A DNA stretch of 34,083 bases from Nemertoderma westbladi (taxonomy: Eukaryota > Animalia > Xenacoelomorpha), in NCBI GenBank assembly GCA_032718475.1, contig JAUCBJ010002885.1, positions 1-34,083 on the forward strand, written 5' to 3'. Within the stretch, counting starts at the first letter, position 1. Each line of letters starts with the position of its first letter. Below are positions 11,993-22,247 of the stretch, piece after piece. The notes beneath the pieces were generated by a model that worked only from the letters and a program-made list of their open reading frames with translations, was not told the DNA's origin and searched no databases. The translations under genes and the position numbers were made by a program.

Positions 11993-12699
11993 AACAGTTT
12001 CAAAATTTTAATTTCTCTTTCCATTTTCAACATTTTCAAAAAAAAAATTGAAAATTTCAGCATGAAAAAGAAATCTCGGTTTTTAAAACATAGGTAGGTC
12101 TAACTGTTTCCAAGATACAGATTAATTTAAAGAAATTATAAATGATACCCCCCGCTCGCCCCACCAGGCCTGATAGGTTTAAAGGGGGGCCTTTTATACA
12201 GTCCCAATCCCAATAAGCGTTAACTTAGCCATTTTGGCGGCCAAAATGACCATATAAATGTAGTGTATTCCTATGGGCTATTTGGTCATTATGGCGAGGC
12301 GTTTTAACTCGACTCAGCTAAATCCAGACTGTCTGTCTCCTTGACCATATCTATTTGGTTGCTCTGACTAAATGTCGGCTCGCTTTCATTTTTATTATTA
12401 ACAGATCGCTAACTTACCCCAAGATGAGTTGGGCCTTGCAGTACTGGAGAACTGGAGACAGCCCACTGAGGCATGGATACAGCACTCAGGCTATTAAGGG
12501 AGTTGAATGCGGCTTCGTTAAAGGAGGAGTATGTGTATAATAATCTGATTGTGTGTTATTATTAGATAATCACTTCTCACCTTATCCTGCTCCTTTGCGT
12601 AGCTTCAGTATAGAGTCATTATGAAATGGCGACAATGTCTGAAGGCGTCCTAATTCTAGTTCTATAGTACCTGGGTCTATTAGTTAGTTAGGTATAGTC

Positions 12700-13120
12700 A
12701 CCCCATGGTTCTACGGCCGGGTTCATTGGTTGAATGCGACCTTGTGAAGTCTTCCTTCCTCGCGTCGTATAGCAGGGTGGACATATTTTCGAATGAACAC
12801 CTTCTTATAGTCATTGATACCATTCAACCTCTTAGCTTCCTGCAAAACCTTCAATCTGGATGCTTTGCTGTGGAAGCTGAGAAGAGGAGGCTGTGAGGTG
12901 GCAAGGCTCTGTTGCTTGTTCCGCAATACTTTTCGAGTAGTTTCACGTTTTCCACTTTGATTTCCACCGCACAATCGGAACACTCAATTGAGCTTAACAA
13001 CTCCCTCACTTGATCCATATCTGTTAAACGTGGGTCACCTACTGACGAACTTGCTGCAGATTCTTCGGGGATACCCGTACGACAAGGTTTAGTTGTCGCT
13101 CTGAAGCATCCATCCATTCG
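12700..13120 (-). pseudogene. Fragment of a LINE ORF1 (CR1/L2/Jockey-type RRM/C-terminal region)
   Basis: Overlapping frames give DQVRELLSSIE..KVENVKLL..PPLLSFHSKASRLKVLQEAKRLNGINDYKKVFIRKYVHPAIRREEGRL, resembling the C-terminal pattern of non-LTR ORF1 proteins. Recognised from memory, not by search. Confidence 0.6.
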
Positions 13121-13288
13121 ATGAACGCCTGTTGATTGTTGATGATGCTGTATGCAGACCTCAGATCACTCTGTTACATGGCATTAAATGATGACACTCT
13201 GTCTCGAATGAGTTCGGTATACTACTGAGGTTCACATTCAATAGTGCGTGAGTGGTAAAATACCCGTTGACAGGTACGTAGTTTGTAC

Positions 13289-14262
13289 ACAATGGTTAGT
13301 CTAGTGGTATTGAAGGGGTAAGCCAGCAGTACACTACCCGGAGCCCGTTCACACCCAACGGTACCATTGCGGTAACTGATTGTCTATCAGTCGACTGCGA
13401 ATTGAACAGGAAATTACATTAATTTTTTAACATTGTTTTAATGGGCTGCGGTAAACCGCGCGGTGTACCACACAACTACTGTACCTGTTGGTTCGTTCAC
13501 AGTCAGTGGTGATCAATAATCACTTATCCTGCAGTCTCCTATTTGGGTTTTAGCCCACCACACTGTCGGCACAACGTAACGCCGACACTGTCGGCACAAC
13601 GTATCACCGACACTGTGGGCACAACGTAACGCCGACACTGTCGGCACAACGTATCGCTGACACAATTGGCACAACAATGGTTAGTCTAGCAGTATTGGAG
13701 CGGTAAGCCAGCAGTACACTAACCCGGAGCCCATTCACACCCAACAGTACCGTGTTGTGGTAACAGATTGTCTGTCTATCTGTCGACTGCGAATTCAACA
13801 GGAAATTGCATTAATTTTTTAACATTGTTTTAAAGGGCTGTGGTAAACCGTGCGGTGTACCGCACAACTACCTGTTGGGTTGTTCACTGTCAGTGGTGAT
13901 CAAAATAATTTACCCTACAGTCGTATCACTTAATCACTTATCCTACAGTCTCCTATTTAGGTTTTAGCCCGCCACAATGTTGGCACAACGTAACGCCGAA
14001 ACTGTCTGTCGGCACAATGTAATGCCGACACTGTCGACACAACGTATCGCTGACACTGTTGGCACAACGTAATGCCGACACTTTTGGCACAACATATTGC
14101 CGACACTGTTGGCACAACGTATCGCCGACACTGTCGGCATAATGTAATACCAACACTGTCGGCACAACGTAACGCCAACACTGACGGCATAATGTAACGC
14201 CGATATGCAGCACATTATCCAGTTATCTGCACACTGTCGGCACAATGTAACGCCGAAACTGC
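13289..14262 (+). repeat. Tandem duplication of an ~385-bp unit, each copy ending in a 25-bp palindromic minisatellite array
   Basis: ACAATGGTTAGTCTAG.. starts at 13289 and at 13674. Arrays of CACTGTCGGCACAACGTAACGCCGA lie at 13557-13678 and 13972-14262. Confidence 0.9.
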
Positions 14263-14380
14263 AGTGTAGACAAACCAGGAGACGGTCTTTAAAACTGAAA
14301 TAATTTGAGAGTTTGAAAATAAAGTTGAATTTGCTTTGAGGGAAAGCGCGGATTAGTAATTTTAGACGTTTCTGTAGGAC
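14258..14380 (-). pseudogene. Penelope-like element fragment (linker just before the GIY-YIG endonuclease)
   Basis: LQKRLKLLIRAFPQSKFNFIFKLSNYFSFKDRLLVCL matches the PLE pattern FP...IF...LS.F.FKD.LP..L that precedes VVY. Short, recognised from memory. Confidence 0.5.
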
Positions 14381-14384
14381 ATAG

Positions 14385-14543
14385 ACTAGAATAAACGCCC
14401 CCCCTTGAACCACATAATTTGTAACTTAAACGCCTACCCCGAATAAACGTCCCCCCCCCCCCCCCCCTCCCTCGAACAAACGCCTCCCCAATTTGCAATT
14501 TATAAACTTAAATGCCCAGGCTCTTATTCGAATAAATACGGTA
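14385..14543 (+). mobile_element. One end of a Tc1/mariner (pogo/Tigger-like) non-autonomous element
   Basis: Iterated GAATAAACGCCCCC subterminal motifs ending in TATTCGAATAAATACGG-TA. The opposite end was not found. Confidence 0.55.
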
Positions 14544-14669
14544 TTGCGTAAAATTGAACCTATATTATTGATAAACAATACAGGATCATTGTTCATGCTA
14601 CATCTACTGTAGTTGGTACACTTATCAAAACTGATGTAGAACTTATATTTGAAATTTATTTTTTTTTGT

Positions 14670-15255
14670 ACTAAACGCAACACAAGTGTTGCGGTAAGGA
14701 GCCCTTTTCACCGAGTTATGAAGAGCCTGAAATTGGTAGGTTTTTTTGTATATGTTCGGTTTGTTTACCGTCGATTGGATCAACATTTCGGAGAGCTGGA
14801 GTAGAATTATAACCCGACATCCTGACACCTTTATTAGTATGTATTTGTGTGGATGTGGATATGTTTGTGGTTCCACTATAGCACGTCTATTCGAACGTCT
14901 CGCGGTATATAAATAAACGTACGTGTAGCGTCGCGCAGCACGAGCGGGTGCTTACTCGAGAACGGGTAACCCGAGTACTTCACTCGCACAGCACGAGCGG
15001 CTGCTTACTCGAGAACGGGTAACCCGAGTACTTCACTCGTGCAGCGCGAATGCCCCACGAAAATTTTCAAAATATTGGAACTTTTCCTCTAGTAGGTTCA
15101 TCCAAATTAGGTTAAAATTGAGTAAACAAAGGCTTCAAAACGATTGAATTTTCCACTTCAGACAGACAAACAGACGGACATGATATTAGGCCCTAATACT
15201 AATTGAAATTGTGCACTAGTAGCTTCGCTCACTAATCGTGGCTCGTTGCACAGTA
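14670..15255. mobile_element. Helentron/HINE (DINE-1-like) non-autonomous element
   Basis: T-tract then terminal hairpin CGCAACAC/GTGTTGCG (14676-14693), internal 53-bp tandem repeat (14936-15045), and CAGACAGACAAACAGACGGACA microsatellite (~15158-15180). Right boundary approximate. Confidence 0.55.
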
Positions 15256-15706
15256 TATTAATTTAATACAACGTACGATGTTTCCCATAGTTCCATCTAA
15301 CTTTTGTTATTGGGTTATTTAATACGCATGAGCATTCAGTTTGACAAAACATTAACAATTTGTTTCATTATGTCAACTTAACAACGTTCTGGTGAATTAC
15401 TCGTAACGCTGCAAAGTACAGTGAAATTTAGAATACACATGTCAGTTGAGTTGAATGACTTGGTAAGACCATCAATAGCCCCATAACACGAAAATTGCCA
15501 TAGACTCAATAATAGAAATACCAGCTGATGCGGATACGACAAAACTACAGAGAAGTATTTTACTTGCCAAGTTTTAGTAAGGTTGTGTTTACTCACTCAC
15601 TCACATCACAGACAGTAATCAAACATCAACTGTTTATAATGTATTACCCAGTCAGCTGAATATCTCTTCCCAGTGAATTCTATAGGAATATCTATAATGT
15701 TATACT

Positions 15707-16791
15707 GGATCTAGGACACTTCCCCCCGGATAGTTCCCCCCGGACACTGCCCCCCCCCCCCCCCCCGCCGCCCATGTAAGACACTTCCCCCCCCGGACAC
15801 TTCCCCCCGGACACTTCCACCCCCCCCCCCCCCCCCCCCCCCCAGTTAAAGTGTTAAAACTAATCTGGGTGTACCAAAGCAATAAACAAAGTTAAAGATG
15901 GGTACAGGACAAGTTGTATCTAGTCAAGTTTTTTCAAAATTATAAAAGAAACATTTTTATAGTCAAATTTTGTTTGTTTTTCTTTTAATTGGGAGCTGCC
16001 GCCCCCAAACCCCCGCTTCTTAGGTTGGGGGCTCCCGCCCCCAAACCCCTGCTTCTTTGGTTGAGGGCTGCCGTCCCCAAACCCCGGCATTTCCCTGAGT
16101 GCCCGTGGTGAAAGACTTTGAGACCATTTTGAAATAATCAATTCATGTTTGTATCATCAGATAATAAATTGACTAAGCCTAAAGTAGGAGTTGTATTGAA
16201 TGTTAACCAAATTAATATATAAATCACTACAATATTAAATAATTAAACAAAATCCTATTAAAAATATTTCAAGTAACCAGAAAATTTAATTAATATTTCA
16301 ACATGTATTGCTGAACACAGAATACAGGTCGACGCATGTCGATTTTACCGTGGAGAGGTATAATTTGATTGCAACAATAATATTCATCCCCATCTGTTAC
16401 ATTTTGAAGAAGACTGTTACATAATAATACCTATAATTAAAACAATTAATTATTATAATTCTATAGTTAATAAAAACAGTATTTTTATCATTCGGGGGAT
16501 GGAATTTATCTAATTAATTGTTTAAAGATTAGCAAACAATACATCCAATACGATAAAATCCATAAATAAAACTTGGATACAAAATGTAAAATCGGGATGC
16601 AAAAGATCACTTTCTGAGCTAAGAAAGGAAAATTGGATACAACTTGTCTGGATACAAGCGGTCCGTTTACCTTACAAAATGAAAAATACGAATGTGCGAA
16701 GTTAAGAACAGTCAGGGGGGAAATGTACGGGGGGAGTGTCCGGGGGAAGTGTCCGGGGGGGAAGTATCTGGGGGGGAAGTGTCCGTACACC
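15707..16791. mobile_element. MITE with tandem-repeat TIRs (GGACACTTCCCCCC)n and 8-bp TSD
   Basis: Left end GGATCTAGGACACTTCCCCCC, right end GGGGGGAAGTGTCCGTACACC. Flanks GTTATACT (15699-15706) and GTTATACC (16792-16799). Confidence 0.8.
15900..16671. mobile_element. Nested MITE of similar architecture with (GACAAGTTGTATCC)n TIRs
   Basis: Left GGGTACAGGACAAGTTGTATCTAGTCAAGTT; right AACTTGTCTGGATACAAGCGGTCCGTTTACC. Contains three ~36-bp GGGCTGCCGCCCCCAAACCCC repeats (15990-16090). TSD unconvincing. Confidence 0.55.
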
Positions 16792-17358
16792 GTTATACCC
16801 ACTGATGATAAATGGTAGGCCAGCTGATTGAATTATTATAAGCACAGGGCCGTTAAATAATTAATAGGGCTGCATTCAAATGGGTCAGGCCCGCCTAATA
16901 ATGCCCCTAAGCCAACTCTCTATGTATTCCTTTGCCACAGCAGTCAATGAATGTCTATATACATTTAATTTCGCGACAAAATAATATCAAAAAAACGAAA
17001 TATATCGAATACCAACCATAGAATCGATCTGAAATTTTGTAACGCGATTATGAACCACCAAAACAATGTACTTGCAAAATTTAATCAAAAAAGCTAGGTA
17101 GGAAGTGTACGAAACTGCAATTCCGGTGTATGGATAAATAGCATATGGATATAGATGGCATATGGATAGACTATATATATCCCTCACTGACAATTTTTTC
17201 TGACAGTAACTATCCTTACTCTTTGAGCGGGAACCTAATAATAGTTATTATTTGAGGCATGGTTGCCATTTCTGGCAGAGCACGGGAATAACGTTGTTCT
17301 TTCCTTCGAGTGATTAGTTGGCCTAAATATGATATCCCACTCCAGAGAAATCTTCACC

Positions 17359-17440
17359 GTCCTGGTAGCTCAGTACATACACCCGGCTGATGATAACCGG
17401 AAGTTTGAAACCTAGGTACCGGGTTCGAGTCCCAATAGAC
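17359..17440 (+). ncRNA. tRNA-derived Pol III unit (SINE head) containing a minimal type I hammerhead ribozyme motif
   Basis: A-box-like TAGCTCAGT (17366-17374) and B-box GGTTCGAGTCC (17422-17432). Hammerhead: ACCCGG(17381-86) CTGATGA(17387-93) tAAC-CGGAA-GTTt(17394-406) GAAA(17407-10) CCTAGG TA(17417-18) CCGGGT(17419-24). Confidence 0.75.
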
Positions 17441-17715
17441 TCTACTCTTACTTTAAAGGTGTCTACACCATACATCGATCATTTCTGTAATGTATTTGTG
17501 TCTATTCTTGATTCCTTGAGATAATTCAAAGTATCATCTTTCTTAGTGTATTTATTTGTCCATATCGCATCAAAGCGGTAATTACAGTACTAAGGCGGAC
17601 TTCACATTTTCTGTGATATCTCAAGAACTATTCACTTTACATTTGTATGGAAGGTGTCTAGGTCTACCCCACTAAATCGGCCATTGCGGTTCTAATGAGC
17701 ATAATATCAATGCAG

Positions 17716-18090
17716 TAGGGGGAACTAAAAAAATTGTACATCGCGAAAATTGAAAATAAGAGTCACTTGCGCCAAAGGGTAGGTTCTGGCCATGTGCCTG
17801 TGGCACTAGTTCCCCTGATCCCAAAATAAAAATTTTGGTGTCAAACTAAGTTTGAACCCATTTGATGATATTTGAATCATGCAGGAAGTTATTTCTTGAG
17901 TTATTGATCTTTCATTAATGTGTTATATTCTTATAAATTTCATTGTGGTGCATCGCGAAGACAAAAAATTTCAATAAAAATATCGATGAAATTTAGAGAA
18001 ATTTTTTTGCCTTGATTTCTTATCATTTGGCAAGTTTTGCGCACCAGTAGAACAATTTAATTGAAAAAAGTAAAAAAACGCACCGCCCTA
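17716..18090. mobile_element. Possible non-autonomous DNA transposon with TAGGG...CCCTA termini
   Basis: Starts TAGGGGGAAC and ends GCACCGCCCTA. No clean TSD. Confidence 0.3.
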
Positions 18091-18285
18091 ATGCTTATCC
18101 GCTCCATGAGGGCGCCAAAGCACAAGATTGTGTACAGGCTGCTCCTCACGGCGAAAGCAATGTCTTGGAAAGCGGAGGCGGTTCCGTTCAAGTGCCTGCC
18201 CATCTTCCCCTAACGTATCCGAAGGTCTTCGTCTGACTTTCTACACCATGTCCTCGAATCGAATACAGTGTCATTATTCAGGTAC

Positions 18286-18323
<38 letters not shown>

Positions 18324-18349
18324 ACACCCCAATTTTTATATACAGTAAT

Positions 18350-18734
18350 TCTTAATGAGATTGCATGAAATTTACAACAGAGTTTCACTTCCCGACCACT
18401 GACTGGGTGACACACAATGACACAACGGGTGAGGCAGAATGTATATATTTTCACTTCATTCTTATTTTTGCAAACGTCTATAATAATATTAGTACATAGC
18501 TATTCATTCACATAAACAAAATGTTCCAGAATATTTGTACCATTTCTAACTGTACCAACAAATCTCTATAAGGTTGGAGAATAACTGCAGCGACTGGTAC
18601 AATAGCGACGGAGACACATTTTTCAAACGCTTGTAACTAAAAAATGAAAGCAAAAATAAAAATTATGGCTCATCCAGTCAGTGGTCGGGAGGTGAAACTA
18701 ATTATGTTTTAAATTTCATACAATCTCATTAAGA
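18350..18734. repeat. ~60-bp inverted repeats ~260 bp apart (MITE-like foldback)
   Basis: TCTTAATGAGATTGCATGAAATTTA..AGTTTCACTTCCCGACCACTGACTGGGTGA (18350-18410) pairs with TCATCCAGTCAGTGGTCGGGAGGTGAAACT..TAAATTTCATACAATCTCATTAAGA (18670-18734). Confidence 0.8.
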
Positions 18735-19180
18735 TTTGTAAAAAAATTAATTTTCGAAAATTAAACTTCACCCAATACAGCACTTTGCTCGATTTAAAAT
18801 AATCATTAATATTTCAGATATAAACGTTGCAACCTGCAGTTTAATATTTACGTAACAGTTTATTAGTATAGCAACAAAAAACGCAATTATGAGTGCAATT
18901 TTGAATTGCCGCCCGCGAATTATCACAACCACTGCGTAAGGAGGAATGACCGATATTTAATTGAACGTAACTTAATTAATTAATTAAGAAAGAGATACCA
19001 AATCATCTTAAGCCTTCCAGGAACATTACATAAAAAACACTAACCGAAACACTAATAACCAACACAAACCATAAATACATAGGCATTACTAGACATTGGG
19101 TAAACCCATAGATAGACAGACATTTTGTACTAGATAGTTTTTACAATTATACTATAAATTATTAATATTACATTAGCGCT

Positions 19181-19365
19181 AAATGTTCTAGAACATTTTA
19201 TTTATCAATTAAGAAAAATATTAATAGGCCTATTCTAGAACATTTTTTGTTCTAGAACATTTTATTTATAAAAAGCATAATTTTTTTAAACTAGCTCTTT
19301 TTAAATGTTCTAGAACATGCTAGTTATCACTTAAGGTTCTAGAACACATTTTTTGTTCTAGAAAA
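19181..19365. repeat. Cluster of six TTCTAGAA palindromes (heat-shock-element-like)
   Basis: TTCTAGAA at 19186, 19233, 19250, 19308, 19337 and 19356, often within ATGTTCTAGAACAT-like context. Confidence 0.7.
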
Positions 19366-19756
19366 TTTTTTCGAAGAAAAATACCCGTACAGGAATCGTT
19401 ATAGGAAAAATATTAATAAAATTTACCTTTCTGAATTTTAAAAACTATTTTGGCATCTATGTTGTTTAAAAAAAACTAAAAAAAATTTAAAAAAAAGTAA
19501 AAAAAAATACTTTCTAAACTGACTATAAATAAAAATTACTAACTACCATGACTCATAAATATTTTAGAGAAATTTAATTGAGGATTAAATTATTATATTA
19601 AATTTTTTCACTAGCAGTACTAGCTACCATCTTATTGTCAGAAGGTCAAATATTTGTTCCACGTCAACAAATCTCATGATAAAACCCATTTTCATATGAA
19701 CAAAATTCGTCAATAAGTACAGAAATAGGTACCCAAGGTGAAGTAATGCCAATGCA

Positions 19757-19762
19757 TTTATT
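19757..19762 (-). promoter_or_regulatory. Candidate polyadenylation signal of the GTSF1-like gene
   Basis: AATAAA on the minus strand ~185 nt after the stop codon. Confidence 0.45.
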
Positions 19763-19944
19763 ACATCTAAAACTAAAAATAACAATAAAATGCAATAATA
19801 CAGTATGAGTCAGTTAGTATAATTCATCTGTGAATGATTTATACATAAAAATATCATGCAAACACAAAGGCAAAGGATATATAAGTATTTCGATTTGCTG
19901 AATACCAATTTCACAACCATTTTGCAGGGCAGAAAGGATCGTCT

Positions 19945-20796
19945 CTAATTGAAAGCTGATGGAGGCATCAAAGCATCCCCTCCAGGAAGAAGAACAACTC
20001 CACGACCTCGACCCAACCTATGGGGTGAAAACGCGGGCGCTATACCCCTACCCAGAGACACAGCGCCCAGAGTGTCTCCTAACCCGGGCGGAGGCCCCGC
20101 AACGCCCCTACCCACAGGGCCTGGCGTGGGTTTAACCCGGGGCGACGCGATACCCATACCCCTACCCACAACGCCCCGCGTGTCGGCCAACCCCGGTGGG
20201 GGCGCGTTACCCATACCCAGAGGTAGAACGGCCCCCTGCGCGGATGGAAACCCCGGAGGATGCGAGATGAAAGGTCTAACACCTCTTCCCAAAGCTCTCG
20301 GAGCTTCCGGAAACGAAGAAAAAACGTCGTCGTAATTTCCTCCTCGACCACCGATACCGGTACCGCTATTTCCCGTTCGCGGTAGACTAACGTAGTGCCC
20401 CGGCATGTAGTCGTCATCGTCGCTATCGGTACCGGTACCCTCCGTCGGGTTGCTCCGTCTTACCGCAGCCCCCTGGGGTTCTTCATCCCAACACGGTTCG
20501 TCCGTGATCCTTGTAGCTTCCCATCCCCCCGAAGCCGTTGATGCTCTTTCGCTTATCTCAGACCTTTGCATTTGCCCCAAAATCTGCACCCGGTCTTCGC
20601 AGTTTGCCGTGTGGGACTGCATCTCGACAGCTGGATACAAGTGGCGGCTGTTAAACGGGCACTTGATTAGCTCAATGATGGAGTTCTTTTTACATTTACT
20701 GATGTGGTAAGGAAACCTCGCCTCCGTAATAAGATGGGTATCATTGTAGGGGCAGACCACGTACTTCTGCCCTTTGTCATTTACCAACGATGACAT
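19945..20796 (-). CDS. GTSF1: Gametocyte-specific factor 1 (GTSF1/Asterix/Cue110) family protein with two CHHC U11-48K zinc fingers
   Basis: CPYNDTH-x9-H-x3-C and CPFNSRH-x9-H-x3-CEDR tandem fingers, followed by acidic Trp motifs GGWE and PCWDEE. The first ATG at 20796 gives 283 aa. No introns in the CDS; a possible splice acceptor (GCACAG) lies just upstream. Confidence 0.9.
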   Translation of the reverse strand: MSSLVNDKGQKYVVCPYNDTHLITEARFPYHISKCKKNSIIELIKCPFNSRHLYPAVEMQSHTANCEDRVQILGQMQRSEISERASTASGGWEATRITDEPCWDEEPQGAAVRRSNPTEGTGTDSDDDDYMPGHYVSLPRTGNSGTGIGGRGGNYDDVFSSFPEAPRALGRGVRPFISHPPGFPSAQGAVLPLGMGNAPPPGLADTRGVVGRGMGIASPRVKPTPGPVGRGVAGPPPGLGDTLGAVSLGRGIAPAFSPHRLGRGRGVVLLPGGDALMPPSAFN

Positions 20797-21399
20797 AATG
20801 TGCACTGTGCGTGCAGGCCTATGTCTGTATGTACCGGTAGGTACTGAGCTAACGTAAACAGGTAAAGCTGTAAAGGGAATGTCAAAATATGAAATAAATC
20901 TGGAAATAGTACAGATCAGCCGGTAGCGGTAATACAGTAATAATAACGGTATGCAGGTATGTAATACTGTGGGACTGTAATATGATATTTTAGGCAGTGA
21001 TTTTTTATGTCCTTTTATTAGACTTCTTGGTCCGCCTTTTTTTACGAATTGTGCATACTGACTTTTGTTGTCCCTTTAATGACTTTTTATGTATGTATTT
21101 CTTCAAACTGTCAGACTGCTGAGCTGATTTCTGGACTGTCAGACAGTTGATTTCACTACGCTTGTGCCAAAAACATTCAAATTTTTTTGATGATTTATTG
21201 ACTGTCAGACAGTTTAAAATTTACAATAATTGCTGAATTGTGGCCAAACATTCAAAATTCCATGATTTATGGACTATGAGATAGATTTCCATAATGTTCT
21301 TGTGGTAAAATAGTTTAAAAAGGAAAAAGAGTGTACTAAATTTAATAGTTTGTGGTTGTTGTCAATAATCGATTACCATATGACGTAGCAAAACACTCA

Positions 21400-22247
21400 T
21401 TTTATAGCCAAAAACAATTACCAATTGATGGAAAGGAGCAGGTTAGAGAGGCCGGATTTTCTAACCAAAACAATAAAAAGTCTCTTTATCAAATGAATGA
21501 AAGGAGTGTTACAGAGGCGGGCCTTTCTAACCAAAACAATAAACGGTCACTTTACCAAATGAAGGAAATGAGCAGGTTACAGAGGCGGGCCTTTCTAACC
21601 AAAACAATAAACGGTCTCTTTTCCAAATCAGGGAAAAGATGAGCCGGTTCCAGAGGCGGTATTTTCTAACTAAAACAATAAACGATCATTTAACTAATTG
21701 AGGGAAAGGAGCGGGTTACTTAGGCTGGATTTTCTAACCAAAACATAAACAGTCACTTTACCAAAATGAAGGAAAAGGAGCATGTTACAGAGGCGGGCCT
21801 TTCTAACCAAAACAATAAACTGTCACTTTACCAAATCAGGGAAAGGAGCAGGTTACAGAAGCGGGATTTTCTAACCAAAACAATAAACGATCGCTTAACT
21901 AATTGAGGGAAAGGAGCAGGTTACAGAGGCGGAATTTTCTAACCAAAACAATACATAGTCACTTTACCAAATGAAGGAAAGGAGCAGGTTACAAATATGG
22001 TCTTTCCTAACCATAACAATAAACAATAACATTACAAATTGAGGGAAAGGAGCAGGTTACAGAGGCGGGCTTTTCTAACAAAAACAATAAACAATCACTT
22101 TACCCATTGAGGCAAAGGAGCAGTTCACAGAGGCGGTATTTTCTAACCAAAACAATAAACATTCAATTTACCGAATGAAGGAAAGGAGCAGGTTACAGAG
22201 GCGGGCCTTTCTAACCAAAACAATAAACGATACCACTTTACCCATTG
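21400..22247 (+). repeat. ~68-bp minisatellite, about 12 copies
   Basis: Unit GAAAGGAGCAGGTTACAGAGGCGGGCCTTTCTAACCAAAACAATAAACGGTCACTTTACCAAATGAAG. CTAAC anchors at 21461, 21527, 21595, 21666 and onward. Confidence 0.95.

Noticed and set aside
13557-14262. Palindromic 25-bp repeats resembling a CRISPR array
   Set aside because: The spacers are constant 10-mers rather than unique sequences, no cas genes are present, and the context is eukaryotic.
16154-16808. Other CTGATGA hits (16802 +, 16154-16160 -) as hammerheads
   Set aside because: No stem II/GAAA/stem III arrangement or closing stem I.
17359-17440. Functional tRNA-Ile(GAT) gene
   Set aside because: D arm truncated, 10-nt anticodon loop, broken acceptor stem and no adjacent TTTT terminator.
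19949-20710. Antisense and alternate-frame ORFs over GTSF1 (and similar shadows over the RTE and 2951 genes)
   Set aside because: They are shadows of GC-rich coding sequence with no recognisable motifs.
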